From a virus: a stretch of DNA of 64,000 nucleotides. Below are positions 21,201 through 29,093 of the stretch, piece by piece (position 1 is the stretch's first letter; each line of letters starts with the position of its first letter). The notes below the pieces were generated by a model. That model was given only the letters and a program-made list of their open reading frames with translations, made no database searches and was not told the origin of the DNA. Both the position numbers and the translations under genes were made by a program. The DNA lies in the IMG/VR virus record IMGVR_UViG_3300020119_000126, positions 26,157 to 90,156 of that record, one strand, 5' to 3'.

Positions 21201-24200
21201 ACGAGCTATCTTGTTATAGTCAAGACCACCACTCAAGCCGCGCTTGCGAGAGCGCAAGGCCATGAGTACACTTTCGTTCAGTGCCCCAATAATTGAGGTC
21301 GCTTCACCGCTGGCCCGGTCATCATCCGTATCCCTGACCATGCCCATAATGGACTCAGGGGTAGGCATGAAGAAACCACGTCGCTGGCCTTCCAGAGTAG
21401 TTGAGATAACTGAGAACTTGTTCGAGCCACCAAGAATGTGTTCCTGGTAAGCCTGAAGCTGAAGCTCAAGCTTATTGGTCGCACCAGAAGCCTTGATTTC
21501 CTCAAAGCGATTGCCAAAAGCTTCCAGTGAGGAATAAGGCGCATTACCAGGTACGACATACTGGTCAGCACCCATACCTTCCACGCCAGCGCCTTCATTG
21601 ATAGCTGCTGCATAGAGCACATCAGCCTTGCGCTGAGCACCAGCCGCACCAAAGCGACTCAAGCGGTCATGCACCGCAGGGTTATCTGCCACAGAACGGG
21701 TCAGAGCCAATAAGTCCTGAGTGTTAACCGTACCACCCTGACCTGCAATCTTGGCTTCAGGCCGAGTCAGCAAAGGTAGCCGAGTTACGGCTTGCCGAAT
21801 TGTTATCTGTGCCTGGTTGTTCTGACCATACTCGACGTTCTGCACCAACCCTGATGGCAACAATGAGCCAAAGTAATTCTGCTGCATGGCCTGATGCTGC
21901 TTATTCAGCATCTCACCTGGCGCAAAGAGCGGTAGCATGTCCTGGCTGACCGTGCGAGTGTGAAGTTCTACACGAGTACGATTGGCAATAAGGTCTTCGA
22001 AAGCCCCACGGAAGACTTCACGGTTTCTGCCAGACCACTGGACTGACCCTTCGTAATCCTGCATGAGACTGCGGTCCCAGGCAGGACGGGACAGCATTTG
22101 ACTGACCTCAGCATTGCTTAATTGCTCATTGCCACGCAGATACTTCTCGCGTATGCCCTTGTCAAACTGAGCATACATCAGGGTCATGTATTCTTCAGGC
22201 CGCGAGGTCGCTAGAGCATTAAGCGCACTAAAGGCAAAAGCTTGCGGGTCATTGATCTTGTTATAGACCAGGTCAGCGTTATATTGCTCTCGTGCTGAGC
22301 GATTCCAGGTGGCAAACGCCTTGGTGCCAGACATGTCCGTGTCGAAAGGCGCACCACGCTCGACATACCCTACCTGGCTATTGAGAGTGTCAATGCGATT
22401 GATATAAGCTTCGTCAAAGCCTCGACCAAGGGTAATCTCCTTGGGTGTACCCGGATTGAGTGTGGTGTCACGACCTGTGCGCAGCCAGTTGCCAGCCATC
22501 TTATTAAGCTGGTCAAGGGTTTCGCCCTCAATCCCCGCATAGAGGTCCAGACTGGCTCGACGTTGCACACCAAGGCGAGGGTCAACGACCACACCACCAT
22601 CGGTGTCCAGAGAGCCATAATGGATAACAGCCGCATCCATCAAGTAACCTGTCAGACCCTGGTTACCATAAGATGTGGTAATGCGTGTACTGCTAGTGAG
22701 CGGCAGTTCCTGACCCGTCTGGCGGTCATAGAACTCAGCCATGGGACGACCACCAAGCTGCTGTGACTTGAGACCCTTGGCCGGATCAGACTTCTTGGTC
22801 AGGTCAGACTTGATACCCTTGATGTCATACATGGTCATGGGCTGACCAAACTCATTCAGTTCAATGGTGCCACCAGGAGCATCGAAGACTGACTTGATGG
22901 TCTGCATGTCGGAATTGCGGGTATAGCCAATGTTCCCGGCAATAGTCCGAGGTGAGGCTACGGCTGAATAGCGTTCATTGGTGTCAGGATTGCGGGCATA
23001 GAGCCACTTGCGGGCATAGTCTGGTACCTGATAACGCGGGTCTTCCTTGATCTGCTTCCGCACTTCATTGAGGTCAAGATAATTAGGCACACCCCCTGCC
23101 CCAAAGTTCACATCATGGGCAATGCGAGTATCGACGACATATTTATTCTGTGTCGAAGCAGCAGCCGGAGGCAGGTACTCCTCAAAGTTAATGCGCGAGA
23201 CCACATCATCAGAACTTCTCGACCTGTGAGAAGCATAGGTCATACGCTGCTTCAGGTCATTGATAGGTTTCTTGGTGAAGGTATCGCGACCCTGCTCATC
23301 AACCTCAATCTGTGCCACATGGCCCGGCAAGCCACCACCCAACAGGATATTCTGCACTGAAGCCCGCTGGTAAGCCATGTTACCTGCTAGAGCGCCTTTG
23401 ACCTCACGGAAAGAATTCGGGTCAGTGATATTGCCGCCTGCGTCCATCTCAGCCGTAGAGTAGCCAACCACCTGATTGCCACGAGCATCCAGAGTCATAA
23501 CAGGCAGCATGGCATAGCCATTGGCATACAACTGCCGCCGCTCTTGCACCTGACCCTGGTCATCCATGTACTCACCAGTCTTGAGTACTGCCACATTCTG
23601 TGTCCAGCGCTGGTTGCCCTGAGCATCGAAGTAACTTACCGCCACATGAGGCTGATTGCCTACGAAGGTAATGGCATCATCAATCTTGACCTGACCGACT
23701 CCTGGCCGTTTATTCAGGTTATTGATTAATGGTTCTAGCACTTCAGTGCGGGTTTTCTTCAGACGGTCAATCTGTTCCTGCTGCCAGCCGACAGTGCGGC
23801 GGGCATTCTCTAGACTATAGGGGCCATTGGCGTGCAGGTAAGACAATTGACTACGTAGGGATACGTAGGCAGCCTGGCGTTCTGCTTCGGGCAGAGTGTC
23901 ATTGTGCATTCGACTGAGGACAGGATTGACGACATCAGGGTGAAGATAGCCAGCTTGAATACCCTTCTTGACGGCAAGGGCAGTTTGGCTGGCTAGTTTA
24001 CTGCGGATATGAGAACGGACACCGGGTTCAGGAATGATCGAAGGATCACGTTTGATGTGCTCAAACGCTTCTTGTCCATACTGGTTAATAATACCAGAAT
24101 GCGCGAGTTGCCTAGCTTGTTCGCCACTGACCCCGATACCCTCAAGTTCATTGACGAGGCGGTCAGCATAGCGGTCATGCAGTTCCGGGGTTAGGTCCAT
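12207..24200 (-). CDS. Giant tape measure protein, 3997 aa, with putative N-terminal two-barrel virion RNA polymerase and M41-like zinc peptidase domains
   Basis: Follows the tail chaperones; A/G/Q-rich helical C-terminal half with 'GFAEGGYTG...AGTVHKGEYVIP' TMP C-terminal motif; 'IFRSP' and 'ISPL..QGGDFDKD' RNAP motifs; HEIGH zincin motif. Confidence 0.8.
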   Translation of the reverse strand: MDLTPELHDRYADRLVNELEGIGVSGEQARQLAHSGIINQYGQEAFEHIKRDPSIIPEPGVRSHIRSKLASQTALAVKKGIQAGYLHPDVVNPVLSRMHNDTLPEAERQAAYVSLRSQLSYLHANGPYSLENARRTVGWQQEQIDRLKKTRTEVLEPLINNLNKRPGVGQVKIDDAITFVGNQPHVAVSYFDAQGNQRWTQNVAVLKTGEYMDDQGQVQERRQLYANGYAMLPVMTLDARGNQVVGYSTAEMDAGGNITDPNSFREVKGALAGNMAYQRASVQNILLGGGLPGHVAQIEVDEQGRDTFTKKPINDLKQRMTYASHRSRSSDDVVSRINFEEYLPPAAASTQNKYVVDTRIAHDVNFGAGGVPNYLDLNEVRKQIKEDPRYQVPDYARKWLYARNPDTNERYSAVASPRTIAGNIGYTRNSDMQTIKSVFDAPGGTIELNEFGQPMTMYDIKGIKSDLTKKSDPAKGLKSQQLGGRPMAEFYDRQTGQELPLTSSTRITTSYGNQGLTGYLMDAAVIHYGSLDTDGGVVVDPRLGVQRRASLDLYAGIEGETLDQLNKMAGNWLRTGRDTTLNPGTPKEITLGRGFDEAYINRIDTLNSQVGYVERGAPFDTDMSGTKAFATWNRSAREQYNADLVYNKINDPQAFAFSALNALATSRPEEYMTLMYAQFDKGIREKYLRGNEQLSNAEVSQMLSRPAWDRSLMQDYEGSVQWSGRNREVFRGAFEDLIANRTRVELHTRTVSQDMLPLFAPGEMLNKQHQAMQQNYFGSLLPSGLVQNVEYGQNNQAQITIRQAVTRLPLLTRPEAKIAGQGGTVNTQDLLALTRSVADNPAVHDRLSRFGAAGAQRKADVLYAAAINEGAGVEGMGADQYVVPGNAPYSSLEAFGNRFEEIKASGATNKLELQLQAYQEHILGGSNKFSVISTTLEGQRRGFFMPTPESIMGMVRDTDDDRASGEATSIIGALNESVLMALRSRKRGLSGGLDYNKIARGAVEAVSKLASREATRDSVIGRRGDAAAHLPVGGDPMMTAGLAGMSSHRYREYIKANLKELGHDLSEQDLTNLIKAKEHEFLGAVHQVGLVGALDAGILPVAPIFRSPHMTLKQASYTSIMSEGLSRRLGLSDMEFNEDQLMISPLDQFKQGGDFDKDTTTIGPAMVTLRDGKLVSIQRPTPHAEILAASLDPNHPAGQAGTWLEIQNTDYGGLTISGIANTIANKQNSATAAINVLGQGTQDTATAKAAMGQIFNMTFGMRAWYKTLGNNEAALTASENFRAYQYQTVLDTKPLDPAGAELLKLSNESLGTFFPDLKGKVDYTNLSSDRSVSNKLIQAFLVNKKENMTAQDIARLMVPVDQNSYEKTLIEVTRHVEDFRNGDSSASGKISQLLGSGVALGNSFASYFTGKMVLNQITKEVGQNFTTKEKQREYLPYDVATFFTKERFGSQQRADRYREIAAQAARLELAVGTGGLYGSGEMSATDLMDALYHNKEFFPTGEAGNEAIQRAAQLVHLKGSTFDDPLAKYAQRAVDLRNKVGKPTSKGVAWDFGKAPQDFGMPNVAEPTAPVDVIDFSNIRAAALNPNRLSDATRQRYREQIEESYKNLDFRDKLHELLPVRPEHPILGALSTGVHEIGHALVAEFLTPGSLEGISIGSERDAELSRKGAAIVTVTSDRKAQAKRLLAGVAAEMAVSGIESRALSHRSDIMTWALTTQLITDPIQLSQEHVDLFYESAQELSAVFARQIDQIKTAATTFFEQPWSKGQAFPTAFATALTGMQTKAPVEPMVMAADLPPDPGDWAEFSASFNAGMGAPPTQPGRMNVDRGQMMPRAPYSEESYARFHVPAYALTAEAAMETLLGAGEMGGVSLARAVGRTVLRVPFQSEKMGKSKSGAPIWQSDPSGFGHEIAAQVLGLKPGTMNGIARSKKQSLYFDPSGEKFTGGLNIGGVWVNGQAAWYDQENNSVWNLTFSDMSDPEDQVRHTRQLNAYMAGTGASSATTAFLDFETFANHLKGAGVSETEFAEHFTDGRKFKAWVGKNPDRRKKVISAMQAAYAATKNRKETTTAEPLVLAQAASELKPIVEQFAAAQGPASFYTTSHDGKSTVWDGSTPDHPAIPMLSNMPNNASPEAIAAMQAELGIEAGNNMDMDWAAFQQGFDTNTTTADVMANILGQQTSAAAMPPGAGNMPPVPPMPPVAGGAMAMPPSGPGFPNSKANAFWTRLAPDLPGRSMLNKTTIALGGLAMGDINTDDPNSVQGAMSSRFARAATLAGQSQLSLEEARELKRTGKYIKTVGKGLGMAGQVWRTAHRAAWGVAQEVAEQKYGYDGSTRFSQWMAETKKNDFGAYKNLYREARNLAVERGALTEQWGSADDPTGERTYGWAEKILDDYGYLKHDPSQYDINEKTGTAYDYGSGQTVPADSINTPFENLDAMFQGGSLEARAEGVITSGQKSDKPPKMVTESQRDAALKAAGILAPQGGHATLQAELATLTSAMGQGKLGTDQSKRFKAIANSLRGYFKSAGLAVASQAGGNNDPMAAAITGLNVNAGDAYGAYQQMFGSDINGQATGNPALLQQFMQNQQQAGVAKTPENDRAGMRKFGTDQSVATLQAQVGSLDGVNKNLTDIAKSFLGLSDAAGKASTSTGRLTEEQMKSVDVSAKMYASLTSTLRDAEDMVKQGGAGGAMAQAVLDRHANVWQNGEAIGGLARTEDRLFGRADATGARGGGLYNRMLAQKYEGLGDMDVEPDFREKLAPFMAGGRSGYNARKEARANGWYGQDGSLGRLAWEVGGSALSTLNSSVMGYRMFRNIAQETVGPLQQAAELYGKTDTSQIQQLQAAGMGSLYQPTSRQDARTQISNAQLAQQLSIGKMFEGTWQPLVGSLAQVGTGGFLGELASIGGPALAAGMGVGFATKSPTAGLVAGGTAAALGVAGMIHTAATDRSTRMDLLGSDAWSHPIENVGTVLAGLADPNQKQADYAAIFAAQSASRGQTGLASNWMQSSSLNAGLYTIGPDGKPKYGSEMMQRITQGYISEHGELLGQYDATAQFAGTVQAEAIFGGIPEDRLRGRGARGGAAGNDYANFGNVAQLFAAGKQYGFDAAGIMGGVAFAQGGPQASTYGSKAYQTAATAVTGLSIAQQQQLGFFSGQAQSTQQQQYAAGQQIVNPLDLLNQFTANPGSMRDILGGIQQSGAWAQYGIDYQSQFNDSTKGDLWGNILNSVRTSDPAQFQRLLGRTGMKAGMTNQLQLGRGMDTTSAGNMGASYVLNAGEMSTGNMQQGWNYLNNINAFDQTQSSGDINHIGLSYATLQMRGLDPEALAQARAQMAGKGTSDDAAMYQYRVNAINQMNGMTGTAGKNLTVATAYAGSYNAFARQTGLTSTNEQTFMGLNTEQQQGILQGAQMFGGMANAGLGFNDQSSAAFQGVRRAELSGDYALANRIGRQAQGAFNTYAGYTRYGNANPATMQAFDSFAANASGQDFAFGMAVVGGDPIANSIAADRGMVGNNRRLVQTGSRGGSLGMQAGYDERITGDIASQRAGIASSQRMVTGNSLYSGSQLSSMNQVQLTTAMNAEQYKVREYDFNLAQVDLNRQVRSTQANWGFEDRGVAQQRAQQDWGFQYQGQQMALQGQQMNYNLNYQQQSMQIQRSHQVSEQQWGLQDMAFQRNVSEVNFGFSMIDADESVRYSRGRERRVAMRHRDEAVVQHSMQMGHLDTEEERAKTRIKWGDEQYKRDEQHFQQDKQFQVQNFQLAQQNYQKQIEFAHEERQLDDEKRRFNRQITQEELTQAQQSLTFHQAEKRAIDDLAGSITAANTLYSQNAAALQYVSTTGQGAITTLGNVAAKLQQLASAPMPSGSGSYAGTGGATVVPSGGALVAGADGQWHVQSTYNSPTITQQPMGITAVSHPDGTTSYHGFAEGGYTGSGSKYQAAGTVHKGEYVIPQAGAPVVMSPEQTELLKEIRDLLKVIHSEGANAIIMVPDSKPGKAISTISNMYDKTWSQ

Positions 24201-24510
24201 TCGCCTGCTGCTTCAAGAATGCTTCAAATTTACGTTCGCCGGATAGTGCCGCCTCTAGCATGACGCACAGACAATACGGTTGGTCGTAATATCCGCCTTC
24301 AACTAAGAGGGGAAGCCCACCAGTGGGGCCAGCAAACGTTCTGAGCTTCCTGAGCATGAGATATTCTTCAGGGATGGGTAGTTCTTCCGCCAACATGAGT
24401 TGACGCCCCGCATCATCAGTTTTGGCTAAATCGACCTGAAACGAGAGGTGAGCGTAGACCTCTCGTTCAATACGATACTGCTCCTGGTCGATTAGCCCTT
24501 CCAGTTTGGG
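24175..24510 (-). CDS. Tail assembly chaperone, -1 frameshift extension (lambda gpGT-like)
   Basis: Overlaps the upstream chaperone in the -1 frame; slippery heptamer C CCA AAC; 'GGYYDQP' motif. Confidence 0.7.
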   Translation of the reverse strand, partial: PKLEGLIDQEQYRIEREVYAHLSFQVDLAKTDDAGRQLMLAEELPIPEEYLMLRKLRTFAGPTGGLPLLVEGGYYDQPYCLCVMLEAALSGERKFEAFLKQQANGPNPGTA

Positions 24511-24944
24511 TTCCACTGAGGATTCACCTGTAGAACCGCATCGTGGATAGCTTCTGCCCATTCTTCGGGCAATAAGCCCCAGGCATCATTGAATTCTGCC
24601 TCAGACATGGATAAAACCATCTTGCCACCATCTTTGCGATAGCGGAATAGACTGTGGGTTGCCGCACCATCAGAGTCAGGGGGAGCCTGAATATTTGAGC
24701 CAGCCAGGGTCAGGTAGACCTCAAGGCGCTTTTGCTCCTCAATGCTCCAACGTTGCTTGACCTCAACTTCCTGAGTGCCAGAACGGAAAATACGACTGGC
24801 ATCAGCCGTTAGTTCTGCCCGACGCTCGACCTCGCGCTGAGTAGCCTGACGGACTTCAACATAAGTATCCTGATCCGGGTCAGACTCAGTATCAAGGGTG
24901 AGGAAGATTTTCTTCTGGATGGGCAGCTTTAAAACAGCAGGCAT
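24492..24944 (-). CDS. Tail assembly chaperone (gpG-like)
   Basis: Position between tail tube and TMP; AGGAG SD; frameshift site at the 3' end. Confidence 0.7.
   Translation of the reverse strand: MPAVLKLPIQKKIFLTLDTESDPDQDTYVEVRQATQREVERRAELTADASRIFRSGTQEVEVKQRWSIEEQKRLEVYLTLAGSNIQAPPDSDGAATHSLFRYRKDGGKMVLSMSEAEFNDAWGLLPEEWAEAIHDAVLQVNPQWNPNWKG
24504..24510 (-). other. Programmed -1 frameshift slippery site CCCAAAC
   Basis: XXXYYYZ heptamer in the correct phase (AAC CCA AAC) just before the chaperone stop; shifting gives ...PKLEGLIDQEQY. Confidence 0.7.
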
Positions 24945-25010
24945 AATAAACTCCTACAAGGTGATGTCTCACCCTGTAGGATATGAAGTTTTGTCGTGAG
25001 GTTTGTGACG

Positions 25011-25406
25011 CTATTCGGTGTAGTAGCCGATAGTATAGTTGTGAGCGTTCGCGCCACTCAGGTTGAGAATGAGGGCAGTAGCAGCAGTTAACTTAGGCCG
25101 GGCATCGGGCGGATAGACCCGGTCACGACCATAACCTGCTGTCAGCAAGGTTACCTGTTCGATAATTGCGCCACTGGCTCCATCAGACAGTTTTGACAGC
25201 GTAGAAACGGCTGTCGCATTCTGAATTGAGACATAGACCAGGACAATCCTGACTCCTGAAGCCGGAGCCGCAATCAAGGAGTTATCACCACTGGAAGCAG
25301 CCTGACCAGAGACATAGGTGATAGTCTTTTGCTCTGGCGTGGTTTGAAGACTGCCATTAGCACTGGCAGTCACGAGAAGGTTCTGAAGACGGTCAGTTGT
25401 ACTCAT
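25011..25406 (-). CDS. Small beta-sandwich virion protein
   Basis: ORF track; GGAG SD; follows the tail tube gene. Confidence 0.55.
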   Translation of the reverse strand: MSTTDRLQNLLVTASANGSLQTTPEQKTITYVSGQAASSGDNSLIAAPASGVRIVLVYVSIQNATAVSTLSKLSDGASGAIIEQVTLLTAGYGRDRVYPPDARPKLTAATALILNLSGANAHNYTIGYYTE

Positions 25407-25409
25407 GGC

Positions 25410-27218
25410 TTACGGCTCCGAAGGAACGGTGTAACCCGTTGTGTTACCGTTGATGAGAATGAACTCACAGTAACCCGCCGCATCATAGAGAACCGTACCA
25501 ATGATTTCCAGCATGACGATGTCACCCGCCCGTAGACGGATAGGCAGCGGTTGCCAGAAGACCTGGTTGGCTCGGATACGCAAGCTATAGGGTGTCGTGG
25601 TGTTCGTGATGCTGAAGGGACTCTCTACTTCAAGGTCAACCGCATAGTTCGAGCCGCTGGTTGCGGTGATGAATGGCGTTGGTGTCCAGGCAGTCGCCTT
25701 GAGTTGGTTACCAAATAGATAGTTGGCGAGATTGGCGTCCTTCCACTTATAGCTGAAACGCAGGGTCAAGGCACGAGTACGGGTCACCACATCATCCATG
25801 AAGTAGCTACCCACGACCATTTCCTCGCGGGGTGTGGTTGTGACGTTACTCATCTCGACAATAACCTGAGTGACAGGCAGTGGATTAGGCAGCCCGGCCA
25901 CAGTAGGCAGACTGAACGTACCCTTGCAGGCCAGAGGGATACTGCGGAAGTCTTCAAAGCTATTGCCTGCCCACACTTCGGGATGATTGTCGTATTCAGG
26001 AACACGACCCATCAACTGCATCATCATTTCAACCGGAGCCGTGGCTGCTACAGTCGTGCGCAACAGATTGACCTTGTTGTCAAAGCCAATCACGCCCTGA
26101 CCATAGACATTGTCACGCCCAGGGATCATCTTACGAGCCGCAATCCAGGGCATGTTCGCTTCGTTGGTCTGGAAGGTAAAGACATGCTGACCAACACCCG
26201 TTGAAGGATTAGTGGTCGTTGCCTTGCCAAGAGCAGCCAGGAGCAAGACACCGATACTGTCCTGCAAACGCGGCATGATCTGAGCGCCACCTGCCACAGC
26301 CACGCCTGACTTATAAGCGCCCGTTGGCGTCATGGTACCACCCACTTCTAGTGGGATGGTTTCCTGCATCTGGCTTTCGCCATAGTCTACTTCGCGAGTA
26401 CGCAGTCTCCACCAGGTCAACTGATTGCGGTTAAAGTCCTTGGCCGCATAACCACCCAGGATACCCAGGGTCACAACTGCTGTCGCATCGACGACAGTTT
26501 CATATAGGGGTACCGAGTTGGCAGCCACCCCTGTGGTCACAGTGCGGAAGCTGATGATGGTGCCTTCATAGGCAATACTGGTTACGGCTGAGTTAGAAGC
26601 CAGACGTGTAGCAATCGTCGCAGCCAAACCAAGGATAGTGCTCTGGCCTGTCGCTGTGATGTCGATGTTATTGCCAGTGTTGCTGCTGGTTGAGAAGGTA
26701 TAGGTTGTTGAACCAACGACCAGGGTTTCAGTGTTGAGTGGCATAGCAGCAATCGCTACGCGGCCAAAGCCTGCACGCAGGTCACCACCATTCAAGCCAC
26801 CTGTGAAGGTTGAACCTGAAAGGGTAATAACCGAGCTTGACTTCGCCAGAGTGAAGGCATTACCAGCCTGACCTGGTATCCAGGCTTCGAAGAACAGAGT
26901 CGTCACACTACCAGAAGCCGTGACATGGATTGCCGGGCGAGTAGCCGTATAATAGCCACCATTGCCTGTACCCTTCATGGCTGACACGGCATTAGCCAAG
27001 GTGTCCGTCAGAAGTGTACCAATGGCAATATCATTGGCCGCAGCCGGGGTTGTCTTGAAACGATAAGCGATGCCATTGACGGTCAGTGTGTCGGAATCGG
27101 CTGGATTGGCTGAGAACGTGGCATAAGCCTGAGCCGCAATAGCTTCGGGCTGACCATCCTCATACTTGCCATATTGGAGAGCAACAGCGAATTCGCCTTG
27201 CTGAGTAGTAATCGTCAT
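25410..27218 (-). CDS. Major tail tube protein with two inserted beta-rich modules
   Basis: Position after the tail terminator; core with 'LLLAALG...HVFT' and 'VEMSN' tube-like motifs; GAGG SD. Confidence 0.7.
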   Translation of the reverse strand: MTITTQQGEFAVALQYGKYEDGQPEAIAAQAYATFSANPADSDTLTVNGIAYRFKTTPAAANDIAIGTLLTDTLANAVSAMKGTGNGGYYTATRPAIHVTASGSVTTLFFEAWIPGQAGNAFTLAKSSSVITLSGSTFTGGLNGGDLRAGFGRVAIAAMPLNTETLVVGSTTYTFSTSSNTGNNIDITATGQSTILGLAATIATRLASNSAVTSIAYEGTIISFRTVTTGVAANSVPLYETVVDATAVVTLGILGGYAAKDFNRNQLTWWRLRTREVDYGESQMQETIPLEVGGTMTPTGAYKSGVAVAGGAQIMPRLQDSIGVLLLAALGKATTTNPSTGVGQHVFTFQTNEANMPWIAARKMIPGRDNVYGQGVIGFDNKVNLLRTTVAATAPVEMMMQLMGRVPEYDNHPEVWAGNSFEDFRSIPLACKGTFSLPTVAGLPNPLPVTQVIVEMSNVTTTPREEMVVGSYFMDDVVTRTRALTLRFSYKWKDANLANYLFGNQLKATAWTPTPFITATSGSNYAVDLEVESPFSITNTTTPYSLRIRANQVFWQPLPIRLRAGDIVMLEIIGTVLYDAAGYCEFILINGNTTGYTVPSEP

Positions 27219-27281
27219 GATGAAACCTCATTGACCTATTCGGTATGCCGAATTCTCAGCCATGTCGAAGCGGGACGGTGA

Positions 27282-27830
27282 CTAGAGAGTTTTTCCGGTT
27301 AAGACCTGGAACCATATCTTGCCGTACCAGATGAATTGGCCTTCGCCACCCCCTTGGGTCAAGGTCGAAGACATCACGCGAGTTTGAAGCGGTTCCTCGC
27401 CAAATTCATCAATTCCAAGGGCTACCGGAGCCAGAGCGACAGAGCGCTCGGCGCGAGAGATAATGACAGCAGCTAACTGGCGGGCGTTGTCGCGGGTAAT
27501 TCGTGTGCTGAAGAACATTTCTAACTGCACGGTGAAACGGCGATACCACATCTCACCACCCCCTAGTTCATAGGGCGGCGGGTTGTGCTCAGCACCATTG
27601 GCATTCGGGACCACAATCTCGTGTCGCCATTGTCCATCGGCGTCGGGATCATTGGGGAATGTCATAACACTGACCTTGAATCGAGTCGGGTCATCTTGCA
27701 GTAGACCGGGACGAACTAAGCCTGCGCGAGTTGAATCACTGGTGTCAACATCATCTTGTAGTAATTCCGTCAAATGATCATTGACGCTTTCAATAATCAT
27801 ATTAATGATGGCATCAGTCATCGAGGCCAC
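27282..27830 (-). CDS. Probable tail terminator/completion protein
   Basis: Size and position between the head adaptor and the tail tube. Confidence 0.55.
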   Translation of the reverse strand: MASMTDAIINMIIESVNDHLTELLQDDVDTSDSTRAGLVRPGLLQDDPTRFKVSVMTFPNDPDADGQWRHEIVVPNANGAEHNPPPYELGGGEMWYRRFTVQLEMFFSTRITRDNARQLAAVIISRAERSVALAPVALGIDEFGEEPLQTRVMSSTLTQGGGEGQFIWYGKIWFQVLTGKTL

Positions 27831-27927
27831 CTTTCACATAACTCATCAATAGTTTTACAGAGCCAGCGCCAATGGCACCTGAAGATAATGGTGTCAAGAC
27901 GGTCAAGAAGAAAAACTATCCACCATT

Positions 27928-28629
27928 TCATCGTTGGGGCTTCCTGGGGTTAAGTAGATAGAAGCTTTCGCGATCCTGGGGTGCAATCTTGGACAACACC
28001 CGTTGAGCTTGTTCAATGAACCACTTGGCCTGCTTCTGCGCCGGGTTATGTTCAGGATTACCGCTGTCTTGCTTACGATTCCACTGCCGCACGTTAGCAG
28101 CCTGCACACTGATTGGCTCCATTGCCATGGCTGCCACCAGGTAGACGAAGGGCTGCTCCATCCACTGCGGAAATTCCATCAGGTCATCATCCTGTTCCGG
28201 GGGATGCCAGATACGAAAATAATTGAGCACCAGTTTCTGTGAGGCAGAAGGAGTAAAGCCAAGGGTCAGGTTGCCTGTCGGCCATTCCCAATAGGCTTCA
28301 CGAGGTAGGCCAGTCACATCAGTCGGCCAGCTTACTTCGGGCAAGCGTTTATAGGGTGGAATGAACCTTGTGGAAGATGTGTCTACCAGAGCGACGAGAC
28401 CTGATTTTTCGACAGTGTCTATAAGGTCGGAAGGCAGGACGAAGCGACTCTGTGTCCCATCGCCCTGGTAGACATATTCATCAGCCCGCGCTGTATGCTG
28501 TGATAGCTCAGCGCAGGCCCAGCGTGCGTAGGCCGCGAATTGGAGTGCGGTGTAACGACTATCAGCAGTGTCATCCTTGAGAATACCCTCTTGGATGTAC
28601 GTCTTCATCGTGGCCCACGTCACGCTCAT
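27928..28629 (-). CDS. Head-tail adaptor protein
   Basis: Position; 'FVLPSD', 'LGFTPS' and 'VYLVAAMA' pattern typical of adaptor proteins. Confidence 0.6.
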   Translation of the reverse strand: MSVTWATMKTYIQEGILKDDTADSRYTALQFAAYARWACAELSQHTARADEYVYQGDGTQSRFVLPSDLIDTVEKSGLVALVDTSSTRFIPPYKRLPEVSWPTDVTGLPREAYWEWPTGNLTLGFTPSASQKLVLNYFRIWHPPEQDDDLMEFPQWMEQPFVYLVAAMAMEPISVQAANVRQWNRKQDSGNPEHNPAQKQAKWFIEQAQRVLSKIAPQDRESFYLLNPRKPQR

Positions 28630-28632
28630 GAG

Positions 28633-29043
28633 TTAGAGACCCCCGACGATGTTGACCGGGATGTCATCGCGCCGGACATACTTGCCTGCATACGTGCCAT
28701 TCAGAATCTTGAGGTAGCCATAGGTCGTGTTGGAGTCCAGATAGACATGGCGGTCAACGGCGAATGAGGTAGCCGCAGGCAGGTTACCTTCAAAGGTGTA
28801 GACGCCATTGGATGCACTGTAGTAAGCAGTGCCACCTGTGGCAGTGCCCCACTGTGCTGTTGCCTGGTCACCATAAGCAGCAATCACGGCAGTACGGACA
28901 GCATCTGAGGTCAGGCCAGGTGCCTGGATGGTGCCTGTGTCCGTATAGATATAAATCTTGGCGGTGCCTGTTGCCAGAGCAGCGACAAGACCTGCAACAG
29001 TCGTCACATCGACGGCAGATGAAGGCGGGTTAGTCGGTGTCAT
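28633..29043 (-). CDS. Virion protein, possibly capsid decoration
   Basis: Follows the capsid gene; AAGGAG SD. Confidence 0.5.
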   Translation of the reverse strand: MTPTNPPSSAVDVTTVAGLVAALATGTAKIYIYTDTGTIQAPGLTSDAVRTAVIAAYGDQATAQWGTATGGTAYYSASNGVYTFEGNLPAATSFAVDRHVYLDSNTTYGYLKILNGTYAGKYVRRDDIPVNIVGGL

Positions 29044-29093
29044 TGATTTCTCCTTGGAAAAGGGTCAGGTTATTGGTCTGACCCTCTCATTAA

